Shown here in pieces: positions 1 to 7,957 of a DNA stretch of 64,000 nt (position 1 is the first letter of the stretch; the number at the start of each line of letters is the position of its first letter). The translations under genes were made by a program, and so were the position numbers. The notes under the pieces are model-generated. The model did not search any database and was not told the origin of the DNA. It worked only from the letters and a program-made list of their open reading frames with translations. Source of the stretch: an uncultured Candidatus Saccharibacteria bacterium. GTDB taxonomy: Bacteria > Patescibacteriota > CPR2 > UBA1875 > CAIMLA01. The stretch lies in assembly GCA_964594415.1 (NCBI GenBank), contig CAZQLQ010000005.1, positions 96 to 64,095 of the forward strand, given 5' to 3'.

Positions 1-130
1 AGTTCAAGAAAAACTGAACTCCTTTTTAAAAAGATTATTCTTTTTTCGATATATTATAAGGTTTTCCTAGAAAGAATAACTTTTTAAAATAGTCGGTCCT
101 CGGGACGAACAGTTTTTCGAGGGGTTTATT

Positions 131-155
131 GTTCGAGGCGAAGTCGAGGATGACA
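131..155. repeat. Partial copy of the REP-like structured repeat (GTTCGAGGCGAAGTCGAGGATGACA)
   Basis: Shares the GTTCGA..GA mini-hairpin and the AGGATGACA end with the copies at 1537-1743 and 3488-3687. Confidence 0.6.
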
Positions 156-180
156 ATATTATTAAAATCACAAAAAATAC

Positions 181-209
181 TTGACAAAAAAGCTTTTTTG
201 TGATAAGAT
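181..209 (+). promoter_or_regulatory. Sigma70-type promoter with extended -10
   Basis: TTGACA (181-186), 17-nt spacer, TGnTAAGAT (201-209). Confidence 0.75.
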
Positions 210-359
210 ACACAGTCAACTAAAGAGAAGGCAATAAGCCTCAGTAGTTGACAAAGTTCATTGAAAACTGGCTAATAAAATTTTCCTTCGGGCAATCACT
301 GCTCTTTATATAGTTGCAATGCTTATATTCCAAGAAATGAAATACTTAAAGGAGTGATA

Positions 360-1463
360 ATGATGGAAGGAAGTATAGTAATAATAAATGGAAAGGCATA
401 CCGGAGAGATACCGGTGTGCAGGTAATCAACACGGAAGTTCCTAATACTCCTCCCGCCCCTGCAGCACCTGCTGCGGTAACTGCTGCGCCAACCGGAAAA
501 AAGAAAAACCCATGGAAATGGGTTGCAGGCGCGGCTTTAGCCGCGCTGCTGTTGCTGGTAGGCTGGATGATGTTCGGCCGCTACTGCGGCCCGAACTTCG
601 TAGAAAACGGGATCACCCCCCAGGGGGGGTGGACTGCTGAGTATGCAGAATATCAGCAGAGCCCCGTACTCCGGGCGGCCTTCAACCACCTTCAGGTGGT
701 TGATGAGCAGGAAATTAAAGATCTCGTGGCGCGTGAGCGCCGCGGGGAAAGTTTTGTCCAGTCCCTGCCTGCAGGGACTGTGATAAAAAACACGGAGGTA
801 ACGGAGGAGGGCTTCAGGGTATTTGATTACACCCTGAAGCAAGAAACCCAGATCCTCGTAGATATGAACGGGAATCCTGCAGTCAAGTTGGACTGTGGGA
901 ATCCCATAAAGCTGGTGCCGAAGCCAGTGGTTTCGACACCAGTAGTGAAAAAACAAGTTGTACAACAACAGACTTCCGTAGAACAGAATGTTGTTGTACA
1001 GCAAAATGTTGTTGTACAAACGGTTGTACAACAACTCCCTGATGTGATCAGAAATGTGATCATCAGGGAAGAAGATGACCATCATTCTCATCGTCGGACT
1101 TGTGACGATGACGATGAGGATGAGGATGAGGATGAAACGGAGTGCGTGGTTGATCCTGAGGATCAACACGCATCATGGAATCCTTCCACTCAGCCGGTGC
1201 AGGAGAATATTGCACCTCAGAAATCTGAGTGGATTGAGGAAAACGAAAGAGCTCAGCACGCTGAGTTTGTTCGGGAGTCCCAGCAAATACAATTTGCTGG
1301 GGAAAATGGACAGGCCACATATGGTTCTGTCCATGAAGAGGTGGGTAGAAATATAACTCCTTCGGGAGTTGTTGAGCCTACTCCTGAATCAACTGAGAAC
1401 TGGGATACTACAACTTATACAGATGTAGGTATCCCAGCAGGGTGGGTTTTAAAGCCCCAATAA
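360..1463 (+). CDS. Hypothetical membrane-anchored/surface protein
   Basis: GGAG RBS at 351-354 favours ATG 360; Pro/Ala linker, KKKN followed by a TM helix, a KLDCGNP motif, V/Q-rich repeats and an acidic run. Confidence 0.8.
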   Translation: MMEGSIVIINGKAYRRDTGVQVINTEVPNTPPAPAAPAAVTAAPTGKKKNPWKWVAGAALAALLLLVGWMMFGRYCGPNFVENGITPQGGWTAEYAEYQQSPVLRAAFNHLQVVDEQEIKDLVARERRGESFVQSLPAGTVIKNTEVTEEGFRVFDYTLKQETQILVDMNGNPAVKLDCGNPIKLVPKPVVSTPVVKKQVVQQQTSVEQNVVVQQNVVVQTVVQQLPDVIRNVIIREEDDHHSHRRTCDDDDEDEDEDETECVVDPEDQHASWNPSTQPVQENIAPQKSEWIEENERAQHAEFVRESQQIQFAGENGQATYGSVHEEVGRNITPSGVVEPTPESTENWDTTTYTDVGIPAGWVLKPQ

Positions 1464-1485
1464 TTAATTAGCCAGTTTTTTATTT

Positions 1486-1525
1486 AAGACGGTTGTGTTT
1501 CATCGCAGCCGTCTTTTTCTTTTTT
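1486..1525 (+). terminator. Intrinsic terminator
   Basis: AAGACGGTTGTG...CGCAGCCGTCTT stem followed by T-tract. Confidence 0.75.
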
Positions 1526-1536
1526 GGTCAGTTATC

Positions 1537-1557
1537 GTTCGAGGCAAAGCCGAGAAC
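1537..1557. repeat. Mini-hairpin repeat GTTC-GA-GGC-AAA-GCC-GA-GAAC
   Basis: Related copies at 131-151 and 3668-3687; this one and the 3668 copy both continue CGAGAACTACT. Confidence 0.6.
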
Positions 1558-1570
1558 TACTAGGACGGGG

Positions 1571-1743
1571 AACTTCTCTCTTCGTTCGAAGGATATCTCT
1601 CGTGTCATCTAGTCCGCCGACTCCGATGGGTTCGTGTCGGAATCCGTCGGAGAGCGAAGTCGAAGAATCCGGATCCCCGTGTCAGGCACGAGTATGACAA
1701 TAAGGAGAGATCCTTCGAATCGCTTCGCTCCCTCAGGATGGCA
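1571..1743. repeat. REP-like nested palindromic repeat, copy 1
   Basis: About 20 differences from 3488-3659 by manual alignment; nested stems TTCGAAGG..ATCTCTC/GAGAGATCCTTCGAA and GTCAT..ATGAC. Confidence 0.9.
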
Positions 1744-1770
1744 ATAGTATTATTAAATCACAAAAAATAC

Positions 1771-1799
1771 TTGACAGAAATACATTATTATGATAAAGT
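1771..1799 (+). promoter_or_regulatory. Sigma70-type promoter with extended -10, paralogous to 181-209
   Basis: TTGACA, 17-nt spacer, TGnTAAAGT; same upstream AAATCACAAAAAATAC as the first promoter. Confidence 0.75.
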
Positions 1800-1929
1800 A
1801 ATATGTCAACAAAAAGTTGACTTTATTTTTTAGAAAAATATTGCCTATTGGTAAACTTTTTCTATCAAAAAAATAAAGAATGTAATATTATTAAAAAAGT
1901 AAGGTAAAGTCCTCGAAAGGAGGAAGAAA

Positions 1930-3405
1930 ATGGGTAAAATAACAAAAATATCAAAAAAGGTAGCTATTTATTTAGCAGCAATTATGTTCGGTATTACTAC
2001 AGCAGCATTTGCTGGCAGTACTGTGCCGATGGAAAGTAGCCTAGCGGTTGCGAACGCTACTGATGGCGATACGACTTATTCTGATTCAGTTAACGCTGAT
2101 GCAGGAGACATCGTAAAAGTTGAATTGTGGTATCACAACCAGGAGCCAGCTTCTACCGGTGATATTGCAAAAAACGTGAATATTAAAATTAATATTCCAA
2201 GTACAAGCACAAGTGATCACGCGATCACTTCGAGCGTAAAGGGTTCTAATACGACCCAAACTAACAGTTCTGCTCATGTATATACCTCAGTAAATGCAAC
2301 GCTGGAATATATACCAGGAACTGCATATAGGAGATACAACACCGGAACAAACTCAAACCCTAACTGGGTTACTGTAAAAATTTCTGATAGTGTCGTTTCT
2401 TCTAGCGGTTATACTATTTCTGAGATGAAGCCATGCTGGAATTATCAGGAAACAATTACGGTACAGGCTAGAGTTGCAAAAGCGCAAATACCTGTTCTTT
2501 CTGTTGTAAAACAGGTAAAAGTAGAAGGCGCAAGCACTTGGTCAACAGATATTAGTGCTAACCCGGGGGATACTCTTGCTTATATTATTACCGTTAAAAA
2601 TGAGGGTACCGTTAAACTTAACAATGTAATAGTTAGAGATAGTCTACCAACTAGACTTGATTATGTCGAAGGTAGTGCTAAATTGTATAATGTATTCAGC
2701 CCGAACGGCGTTTCAGTTTCTGACAGCGTTATTAAGGGTGGTATTAATATCGGTAATTTTGATCCAGGGGCAATATCATATGTTAGATTTAATGCAGTTG
2801 TTCCAACGAGTCTTGATGAGGGCGGTGCTTGGAAGTTCATAAATGTTGGTATTGGGAAATCTGATTCAACTAATGAGATCTATAACACGGCAAGGGTTAT
2901 TGTTGACTATCCAGAAACCACAAAATACACCATAAAGGCTGTAAAATTTGAAGACCTTGATGAAGATGGTACAAAAGACTCAAATGAGTCAGTTATCCAA
3001 AACTGGACGATGAAACTAACCGGCGAAGGGATCAGCGAAACATTAAAGACAGACGAAGATGGAATTGCCACTTTTACTGATTTGGACGCAGGAACTTATA
3101 CAGTTACTGAAGGGGTCTTAAGCGGTTGGAAGAATATCACTCCTCTTTCGCAGACTGTAACAATAGAAGAAGATTGCGATAATACTGAATATACGGTTTA
3201 TTTCGGTAATAAGAAACTTGTTCCAGGGGAAACCACTACTACAACTAAGACAGTAGTCACAACAGTACCTGGAAAAGGTAATTTGCCTACCTCAGGGCCA
3301 GTAGAGGCTGCTGCAGGCACGTTTGCAACAATCGGGCTTAGTGGTGCAGGTTACTATTATTGGAAGAGTAAAAAGGCCTTATTTGGGGCACTCAAGAAAT
3401 TCTAA
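1930..3405 (+). CDS. Secreted surface protein with DUF11-like repeat and SdrD/Cna-B-like domain and an LPxTG-like C-terminal anchor
   Basis: Signal peptide; PGDTLAYIITVKNEG..NVIVRDSLP (DUF11-like); KFEDLDEDG..TDEDGIATFTDLDAGTYTVTE (SdrD B-like); Thr-rich linker, LPTSG, hydrophobic helix, basic tail. Confidence 0.85.
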   Translation: MGKITKISKKVAIYLAAIMFGITTAAFAGSTVPMESSLAVANATDGDTTYSDSVNADAGDIVKVELWYHNQEPASTGDIAKNVNIKINIPSTSTSDHAITSSVKGSNTTQTNSSAHVYTSVNATLEYIPGTAYRRYNTGTNSNPNWVTVKISDSVVSSSGYTISEMKPCWNYQETITVQARVAKAQIPVLSVVKQVKVEGASTWSTDISANPGDTLAYIITVKNEGTVKLNNVIVRDSLPTRLDYVEGSAKLYNVFSPNGVSVSDSVIKGGINIGNFDPGAISYVRFNAVVPTSLDEGGAWKFINVGIGKSDSTNEIYNTARVIVDYPETTKYTIKAVKFEDLDEDGTKDSNESVIQNWTMKLTGEGISETLKTDEDGIATFTDLDAGTYTVTEGVLSGWKNITPLSQTVTIEEDCDNTEYTVYFGNKKLVPGETTTTTKTVVTTVPGKGNLPTSGPVEAAAGTFATIGLSGAGYYYWKSKKALFGALKKF

Positions 3406-3425
3406 TAATTAGTTGAGTTGATTTT

Positions 3426-3455
3426 AAAAAAGCTGGTCGAAAGACCAGTTTTTTT
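3426..3455 (+). terminator. Intrinsic terminator, possibly bidirectional
   Basis: AAAAAAGCTGGTC-GAAA-GACCAGTTTTTTT. Confidence 0.85.
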
Positions 3456-3487
3456 ATTGTGTATGGCTAACAATAATAAACATTGAT

Positions 3488-3659
3488 AACTTCTCACTTC
3501 GTTCGAAGGATAACTCTCACGTCATCCCTTCCGACGACTCGATGAGTTCGTGTCGGATTCCGTCGTAGAGCGAAGTCGAGGAGTCTAGATCCCCGTGTCA
3601 AGCACGAGGATGACAATAAGGAGAGATCCTTCGAACCGCTTCGCTCCCTCAGGATGACA
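3488..3659. repeat. REP-like nested palindromic repeat, copy 2
   Basis: Direct repeat of 1571-1743. Confidence 0.9.
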
Positions 3660-3667
3660 TTTATATT

Positions 3668-3687
3668 GTTCGAGCGTTAGCGAGAAC
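3668..3687. repeat. Mini-hairpin repeat GTTC-GA-GCGTTAGC-GA-GAAC
   Basis: Similar to 1537-1557. Confidence 0.55.
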
Positions 3688-4373
3688 TACTCTATAAAAT
3701 ACTTAACGTCAGTTAGTATCCTGATTTTATTTATACCTGGCTCTTCTACCCTATTTTCTCTATCAATGAGCAGAGGATTGATTCCAACATTTTTTGCGCC
3801 ATGGTAATCGCTAATTAAACTATCCCCTATAAAAAGAACCTCATTAGGACTAAGTAAGGCTTTATTTAGGGCAGAGTAAAATATTTTTGGGTTTGGCTTT
3901 TCGTATCCTACCTCTTCTGAAGTCAGGACGAAGTCAAAATAGTCTTCTATGCCAAAGTGAATAAAAAATTTGTTCAAATATTCATTTTCGTTTGAGACAC
4001 AAGCCAAAGAAAGCCCCTCCTTCTTTAGCGTATGAAGAGTAGGGTTTACATCTTTGTAGAGAACAAAATTATCGGCATTCCCCCATGCTTCATGGAGCAA
4101 TCTTTCTCCCATCTCTCTACAATTTCCATTGTAACCCAATTCTTCAAGTATTTTACCGTTGAAGTTGTCCCAGGCCTGATGGCTTTTTTCGCCAAGCTCT
4201 TCAGCTGCAGCTTCTTCGTTGTTTTCTACCAGTCTATTCCACACTGCAGTCATCTTGTCTTCATCAATTTCCATTCCTGTGTGTTTTTTGATGATCCGTC
4301 TATACATTTCTATTTTGTTCGGATAGGCACAAAATAAGGTATCAATTGCGTCAAAGAATACGGCCTTAATCAT
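3687..4373 (-). CDS. HAD-superfamily hydrolase (subfamily IA)
   Basis: FFDAIDTL motif I, VSN, KPNPKIF, GDSLISD. Confidence 0.9.
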   Translation of the reverse strand: MIKAVFFDAIDTLFCAYPNKIEMYRRIIKKHTGMEIDEDKMTAVWNRLVENNEEAAAEELGEKSHQAWDNFNGKILEELGYNGNCREMGERLLHEAWGNADNFVLYKDVNPTLHTLKKEGLSLACVSNENEYLNKFFIHFGIEDYFDFVLTSEEVGYEKPNPKIFYSALNKALLSPNEVLFIGDSLISDYHGAKNVGINPLLIDRENRVEEPGINKIRILTDVKYFIE

Positions 4374-4903
4374 TTTTCGGCCTTTTCTTTATATTTAATT
4401 ATCTCCTGAGGGGTCTTTGCGTTCTCGTCTATTACGGCTCTATATATATAATAGGCCATGCTGTATTTAAGTTTATTTTGCTTAAGAAAATATTCTTTGA
4501 GCAACATTATAGTTTTGCGGTTGTCCTCATTGAGCTTTGTACTGAAATCGGTGTAAAACTTGTATGCGTCTCTCAAGTAGTCGTTATTAGGCTCTGTTAA
4601 TGTGACGTCTATGGTCCACGTAGCATCTTCTACCTTGATTTCCGCTTTGATTAGATATTTATTGCTTTGAGACAATTCGTACCTATTCAAGAATGTAAGT
4701 CCTAATCCTTCGAGCTTAGTTTTGATTTTATGAGACAAATCTTCATATTCGTTTCTATTCGCATAAACTTGAATGTCTATATCGGGCTTAATGGTGGTCT
4801 TTAAGGCAACATTGCCTACAAGGTGGGTTTCTCCAAATATGGACAAGGTCTCGACTAGCTTAAGATTTTTAACAAGAGCTTCGGCTTGTTCTTGAAGATT
4901 CAT
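4370..4903 (-). CDS. Putative Pol-beta-fold nucleotidyltransferase
   Basis: LVGNVALKTTIKPDIDIQV (G..DxD) plus a later TIDV; start set at ATG 4903, just after the secA stop; ATGA overlap with the HAD gene. Confidence 0.6.
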   Translation of the reverse strand: MNLQEQAEALVKNLKLVETLSIFGETHLVGNVALKTTIKPDIDIQVYANRNEYEDLSHKIKTKLEGLGLTFLNRYELSQSNKYLIKAEIKVEDATWTIDVTLTEPNNDYLRDAYKFYTDFSTKLNEDNRKTIMLLKEYFLKQNKLKYSMAYYIYRAVIDENAKTPQEIIKYKEKAEK

Positions 4904-4904
4904 T

Positions 4905-7535
4905 TTAGCTTCCACAACATTTTTTGTATTTTTTACCGCTTCCACAAGGGCAGGGATCGTTTCTGCCTGCCTTGTCCTTGCTTCGTACAACTTGTTTTTC
5001 TCTTTTCTCAGCTTCTTTTGCCTGTGGTGTGGCTTTTTTGGCAGCTTGGGTAAGCTTGGTATCTGCTTCAGCTACCTGTTTTGTTATTTCAACTCTAAAT
5101 ATAAGATTTAGCATTTCGGCATCAATTCCTGCAAGTAGCGTATGAAACATCTTGTATGATTCGTTCTTGTACTCAATAAGAGGATCTTTTTGCCCATATC
5201 CGCGAAGGCCTATGCCTTCTCTGAGGTTGTCCATAGCGTCCAGATGGTCTATCCAGAGCATATCAATTGTCCTTAGATAAAGGGCTTTTTCTAAAATCCT
5301 CATCATCTCGCTTGAAATTCTCGTTTCTTTCTCTTCATAGTTTTTGTATAACAGTTCCTTGGCGGCTTCTATAACAGTGTCAGGATATTTATTTTTGATA
5401 TTTTTGAAAAAGTTGGTTTTTTGACCTAAGGTTTTGTCTAGCTCGTTTTCAATCTTCTCAATTTCAACCTCTCCTATAATCTCGTTTGTATTTGAATTAA
5501 CTATATCTGCGATTCTTTCAGAAATGATTTCAAGAACTTCTTCTTTTAGGTTTTCAGAAGACAAAACATTCCGGCGCATCTTGTAGATGTATTCACGCTG
5601 TTTGTTCATTACGTCATCGTATTCAACTAGGTGTTTTCTGATATCAAAGTTGTGACCTTCAACTTTTCTTTGGGCCGATTCAAGTGACTTGGATATCATA
5701 GAATGCTGTATAGGTTGGTCTTCAGGCAGGCCGAGTCTTTCCATAACAGCACCTACTCTTTCGCTACCGAAAATGCGCATCAAGTCATCTTCGAGTGAAA
5801 CAAAAAATTGTGTAGATCCGGGATCTCCTTGGCGTCCGGCACGACCACGAAGCTGATTGTCAATTCTTCTGGATTCATGCCTTTCCGTACCGATAATATG
5901 CAATCCGCCAAGTTCGGCGACCCCTTTCCCAAGAACTATATCGGTTCCTCTTCCGGCCATATTTGTAGCCACAGTAACTGCTCCCTTTTGTCCAGCGTTT
6001 TTGACGATTAGAGCTTCCCTTTCGTGGTTTTTGGCGTTTAAAAGCTCGTGTTTTATCCCGCTTCTTTTTAATAAATCTCCCAGTATTTCATTTTTTTCAA
6101 TTGAAACGGTACCGACCAAAACCGGTTGGCCTTTTTCGTGCTTTTCTTTTATATCTTCAACTACGGCAAGAAATTTACCTTTTTCTGTTTTGTATATCAC
6201 GTCATTCAAATCAATTCTGATATTTTTTCTGTTTGTAGGGATTTTTATTACCTCTAATCTATAAATTTTTGAAAATTCCTCTGCTTCTGTAGACGCTGTA
6301 CCTGTCATACCGGCTAGTTTTATATAAATTCTGAAATAATTTTGAAATGAAATTGTGGCCAGAGTTAGGGACTCTCTTTTTATCTCTACCCCTTCCTTTG
6401 CTTCGATGGCTTGATGCAGCCCTTCACTGTAACGACGGCCGAACATTAGTCGTCCTGTGAACTCATCAACTATAACAATTTCCCCATCTTTGACTACATA
6501 ATCAACATCTTTTTTGAATATTGCGTTTGCCTTAAGCGCCTGTTCAATGTGATGAACATTTTCAATTCCGTATTCTTCGTAAATGTTCTCAACGCCTAGT
6601 AGTCTTTCCATATGAGCAATTCCGTCATCTGTTAAGGAAACTGCTTTCTGCTTCTCGTCAATCGTATAGTCCGTTTCTATGCTCAGTTGTTTTACTAGAC
6701 GATCAATAGAGATATACTTGTCGGTACTTTCTTCAGCTGGCGCAGAAATAATCAATGGAGTTCTTGCTTCATCAATAAGAATTGAGTCTACTTCGTCAAC
6801 AATCGCATAATGAAGCGGTCTTTGAACCATTTGCTCAAGATTTTGAACCATATTATCTCGCAGATAATCAAAGCCATATTCGTTATTTGTTCCATAAGTA
6901 ATATCTGCCTGATATGCCTCTTTTCTTGTCACGGGCCTTAAATGCTCTGTGGTCTCGTCCAGGACGTTCTCCTGAGCGTATTCCGGGTCGTAAACAAAAG
7001 CTGCGTCATGAACGATAACGCCTGTTGTAAGGCCAAGAAAGTGGTAAATTTGACTCATCCAGCCAGCATCTCTACGTGCCAGATAGTCGTTTACGGTGAC
7101 TACATGTACCCCTTTGCCAGTAAGAGCGTTAAGAGTAACCGGCAGGGTTGCCACAAGGGTCTTTCCTTCACCTGTAAGCATTTCGGCAATGTTTCCATCA
7201 TTTAGAACCATACCACCGATCAATTGGACATCGTAATGTCTTTGCCCGATTGTTCTTTTGGACGCTTCTCTCGTTAGGGCGTAAACTTCAGCAAGATAAT
7301 CAGAAAGAATGTCATTTTCTACTTTTTTCTCGGATTCCTTGTCTTCTGTTTTTTGCAAGGATTCTTCAAGTCTTTTCTTTATTTCCTCCGAAATAGCGTT
7401 GACTCGCAATTTGATTTCTTCGTCGCTTAATTTAACTATTTTTTCTTCGAAACTGTTAATTTCCTCGACCTTCTTTTTCAGCTTTTCTATCTTTTTCTGA
7501 TTGGGGTCGCTTATGAACTTTTTTAAAAATGACAT
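4905..7535 (-). CDS. secA: Preprotein translocase subunit SecA
   Basis: MLTGEGKTL, DEVDSILIDEARTPLIIS, C-terminal GRNDPCPCGSGKKYKKCCG. Confidence 0.99.
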   Translation of the reverse strand: MSFLKKFISDPNQKKIEKLKKKVEEINSFEEKIVKLSDEEIKLRVNAISEEIKKRLEESLQKTEDKESEKKVENDILSDYLAEVYALTREASKRTIGQRHYDVQLIGGMVLNDGNIAEMLTGEGKTLVATLPVTLNALTGKGVHVVTVNDYLARRDAGWMSQIYHFLGLTTGVIVHDAAFVYDPEYAQENVLDETTEHLRPVTRKEAYQADITYGTNNEYGFDYLRDNMVQNLEQMVQRPLHYAIVDEVDSILIDEARTPLIISAPAEESTDKYISIDRLVKQLSIETDYTIDEKQKAVSLTDDGIAHMERLLGVENIYEEYGIENVHHIEQALKANAIFKKDVDYVVKDGEIVIVDEFTGRLMFGRRYSEGLHQAIEAKEGVEIKRESLTLATISFQNYFRIYIKLAGMTGTASTEAEEFSKIYRLEVIKIPTNRKNIRIDLNDVIYKTEKGKFLAVVEDIKEKHEKGQPVLVGTVSIEKNEILGDLLKRSGIKHELLNAKNHEREALIVKNAGQKGAVTVATNMAGRGTDIVLGKGVAELGGLHIIGTERHESRRIDNQLRGRAGRQGDPGSTQFFVSLEDDLMRIFGSERVGAVMERLGLPEDQPIQHSMISKSLESAQRKVEGHNFDIRKHLVEYDDVMNKQREYIYKMRRNVLSSENLKEEVLEIISERIADIVNSNTNEIIGEVEIEKIENELDKTLGQKTNFFKNIKNKYPDTVIEAAKELLYKNYEEKETRISSEMMRILEKALYLRTIDMLWIDHLDAMDNLREGIGLRGYGQKDPLIEYKNESYKMFHTLLAGIDAEMLNLIFRVEITKQVAEADTKLTQAAKKATPQAKEAEKREKQVVRSKDKAGRNDPCPCGSGKKYKKCCGS

Positions 7536-7579
7536 AATTTTCCTACGAAACTTCCTTCTTTAATGTTATTAGAATGCGT

Positions 7580-7945
7580 TTACTCTTTTTCTTGCTTAAA
7601 TACTCTTCTTAGTATCTCTTTCCCTTGTCGATAGAGCTTCACTTTTCCCGGTTCTTTTTTGCTTTTCTCTTTATCTAATTGTCGAGAAAGTTTTCTCTCG
7701 AGTTCGTCAATTGCAGCAAATATGTTTTTGGCTTCCCCGGTGGCAGAAATATCGTTTCCAGGAATTTGAACTAGTGCTTTTGCAACTGCTGCAGTACGCT
7801 CTTTTTTGTTGTGATCTTCTTCTAGGGTTAGCTCAATCGCAATTATTGACTTATTGTATTTTATTAATTTATTGGCTTTTTTCTCTGCGTATTTTTTTAT
7901 TTCTGGGGTTAAGTAGGTCTCATGCCCTTTAATTGTTGTCTTCAT
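7580..7945 (-). CDS. hpf: Ribosome hibernation promoting factor (RaiA/HPF)
   Basis: IKG..LTPEIKKYAEKK..L, IFAAIDE..KL.RQL; conserved position before secA. Confidence 0.85.
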   Translation of the reverse strand: MKTTIKGHETYLTPEIKKYAEKKANKLIKYNKSIIAIELTLEEDHNKKERTAAVAKALVQIPGNDISATGEAKNIFAAIDELERKLSRQLDKEKSKKEPGKVKLYRQGKEILRRVFKQEKE

Positions 7946-7957
7946 GTTGCCTCCTTT

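Noticed and set aside
537-1169. 210-aa antisense ORF and other overlapping ORFs within the first gene
   Set aside because: Shadows of the repetitive plus-strand gene, which has its own promoter, RBS and terminator
1571-3659. Repeats as a CRISPR array or integron attC sites
   Set aside because: Only two long copies 1.9 kb apart, no repeat-spacer periodicity, no clear RYYYAAC/GTTRRRY ends, and no cas or intI gene in the window
4904-4990. N-terminal extension of the NTase ORF overlapping secA
   Set aside because: It overlaps the conserved SecA zinc-binding tail; ATG 4903 is the more plausible start
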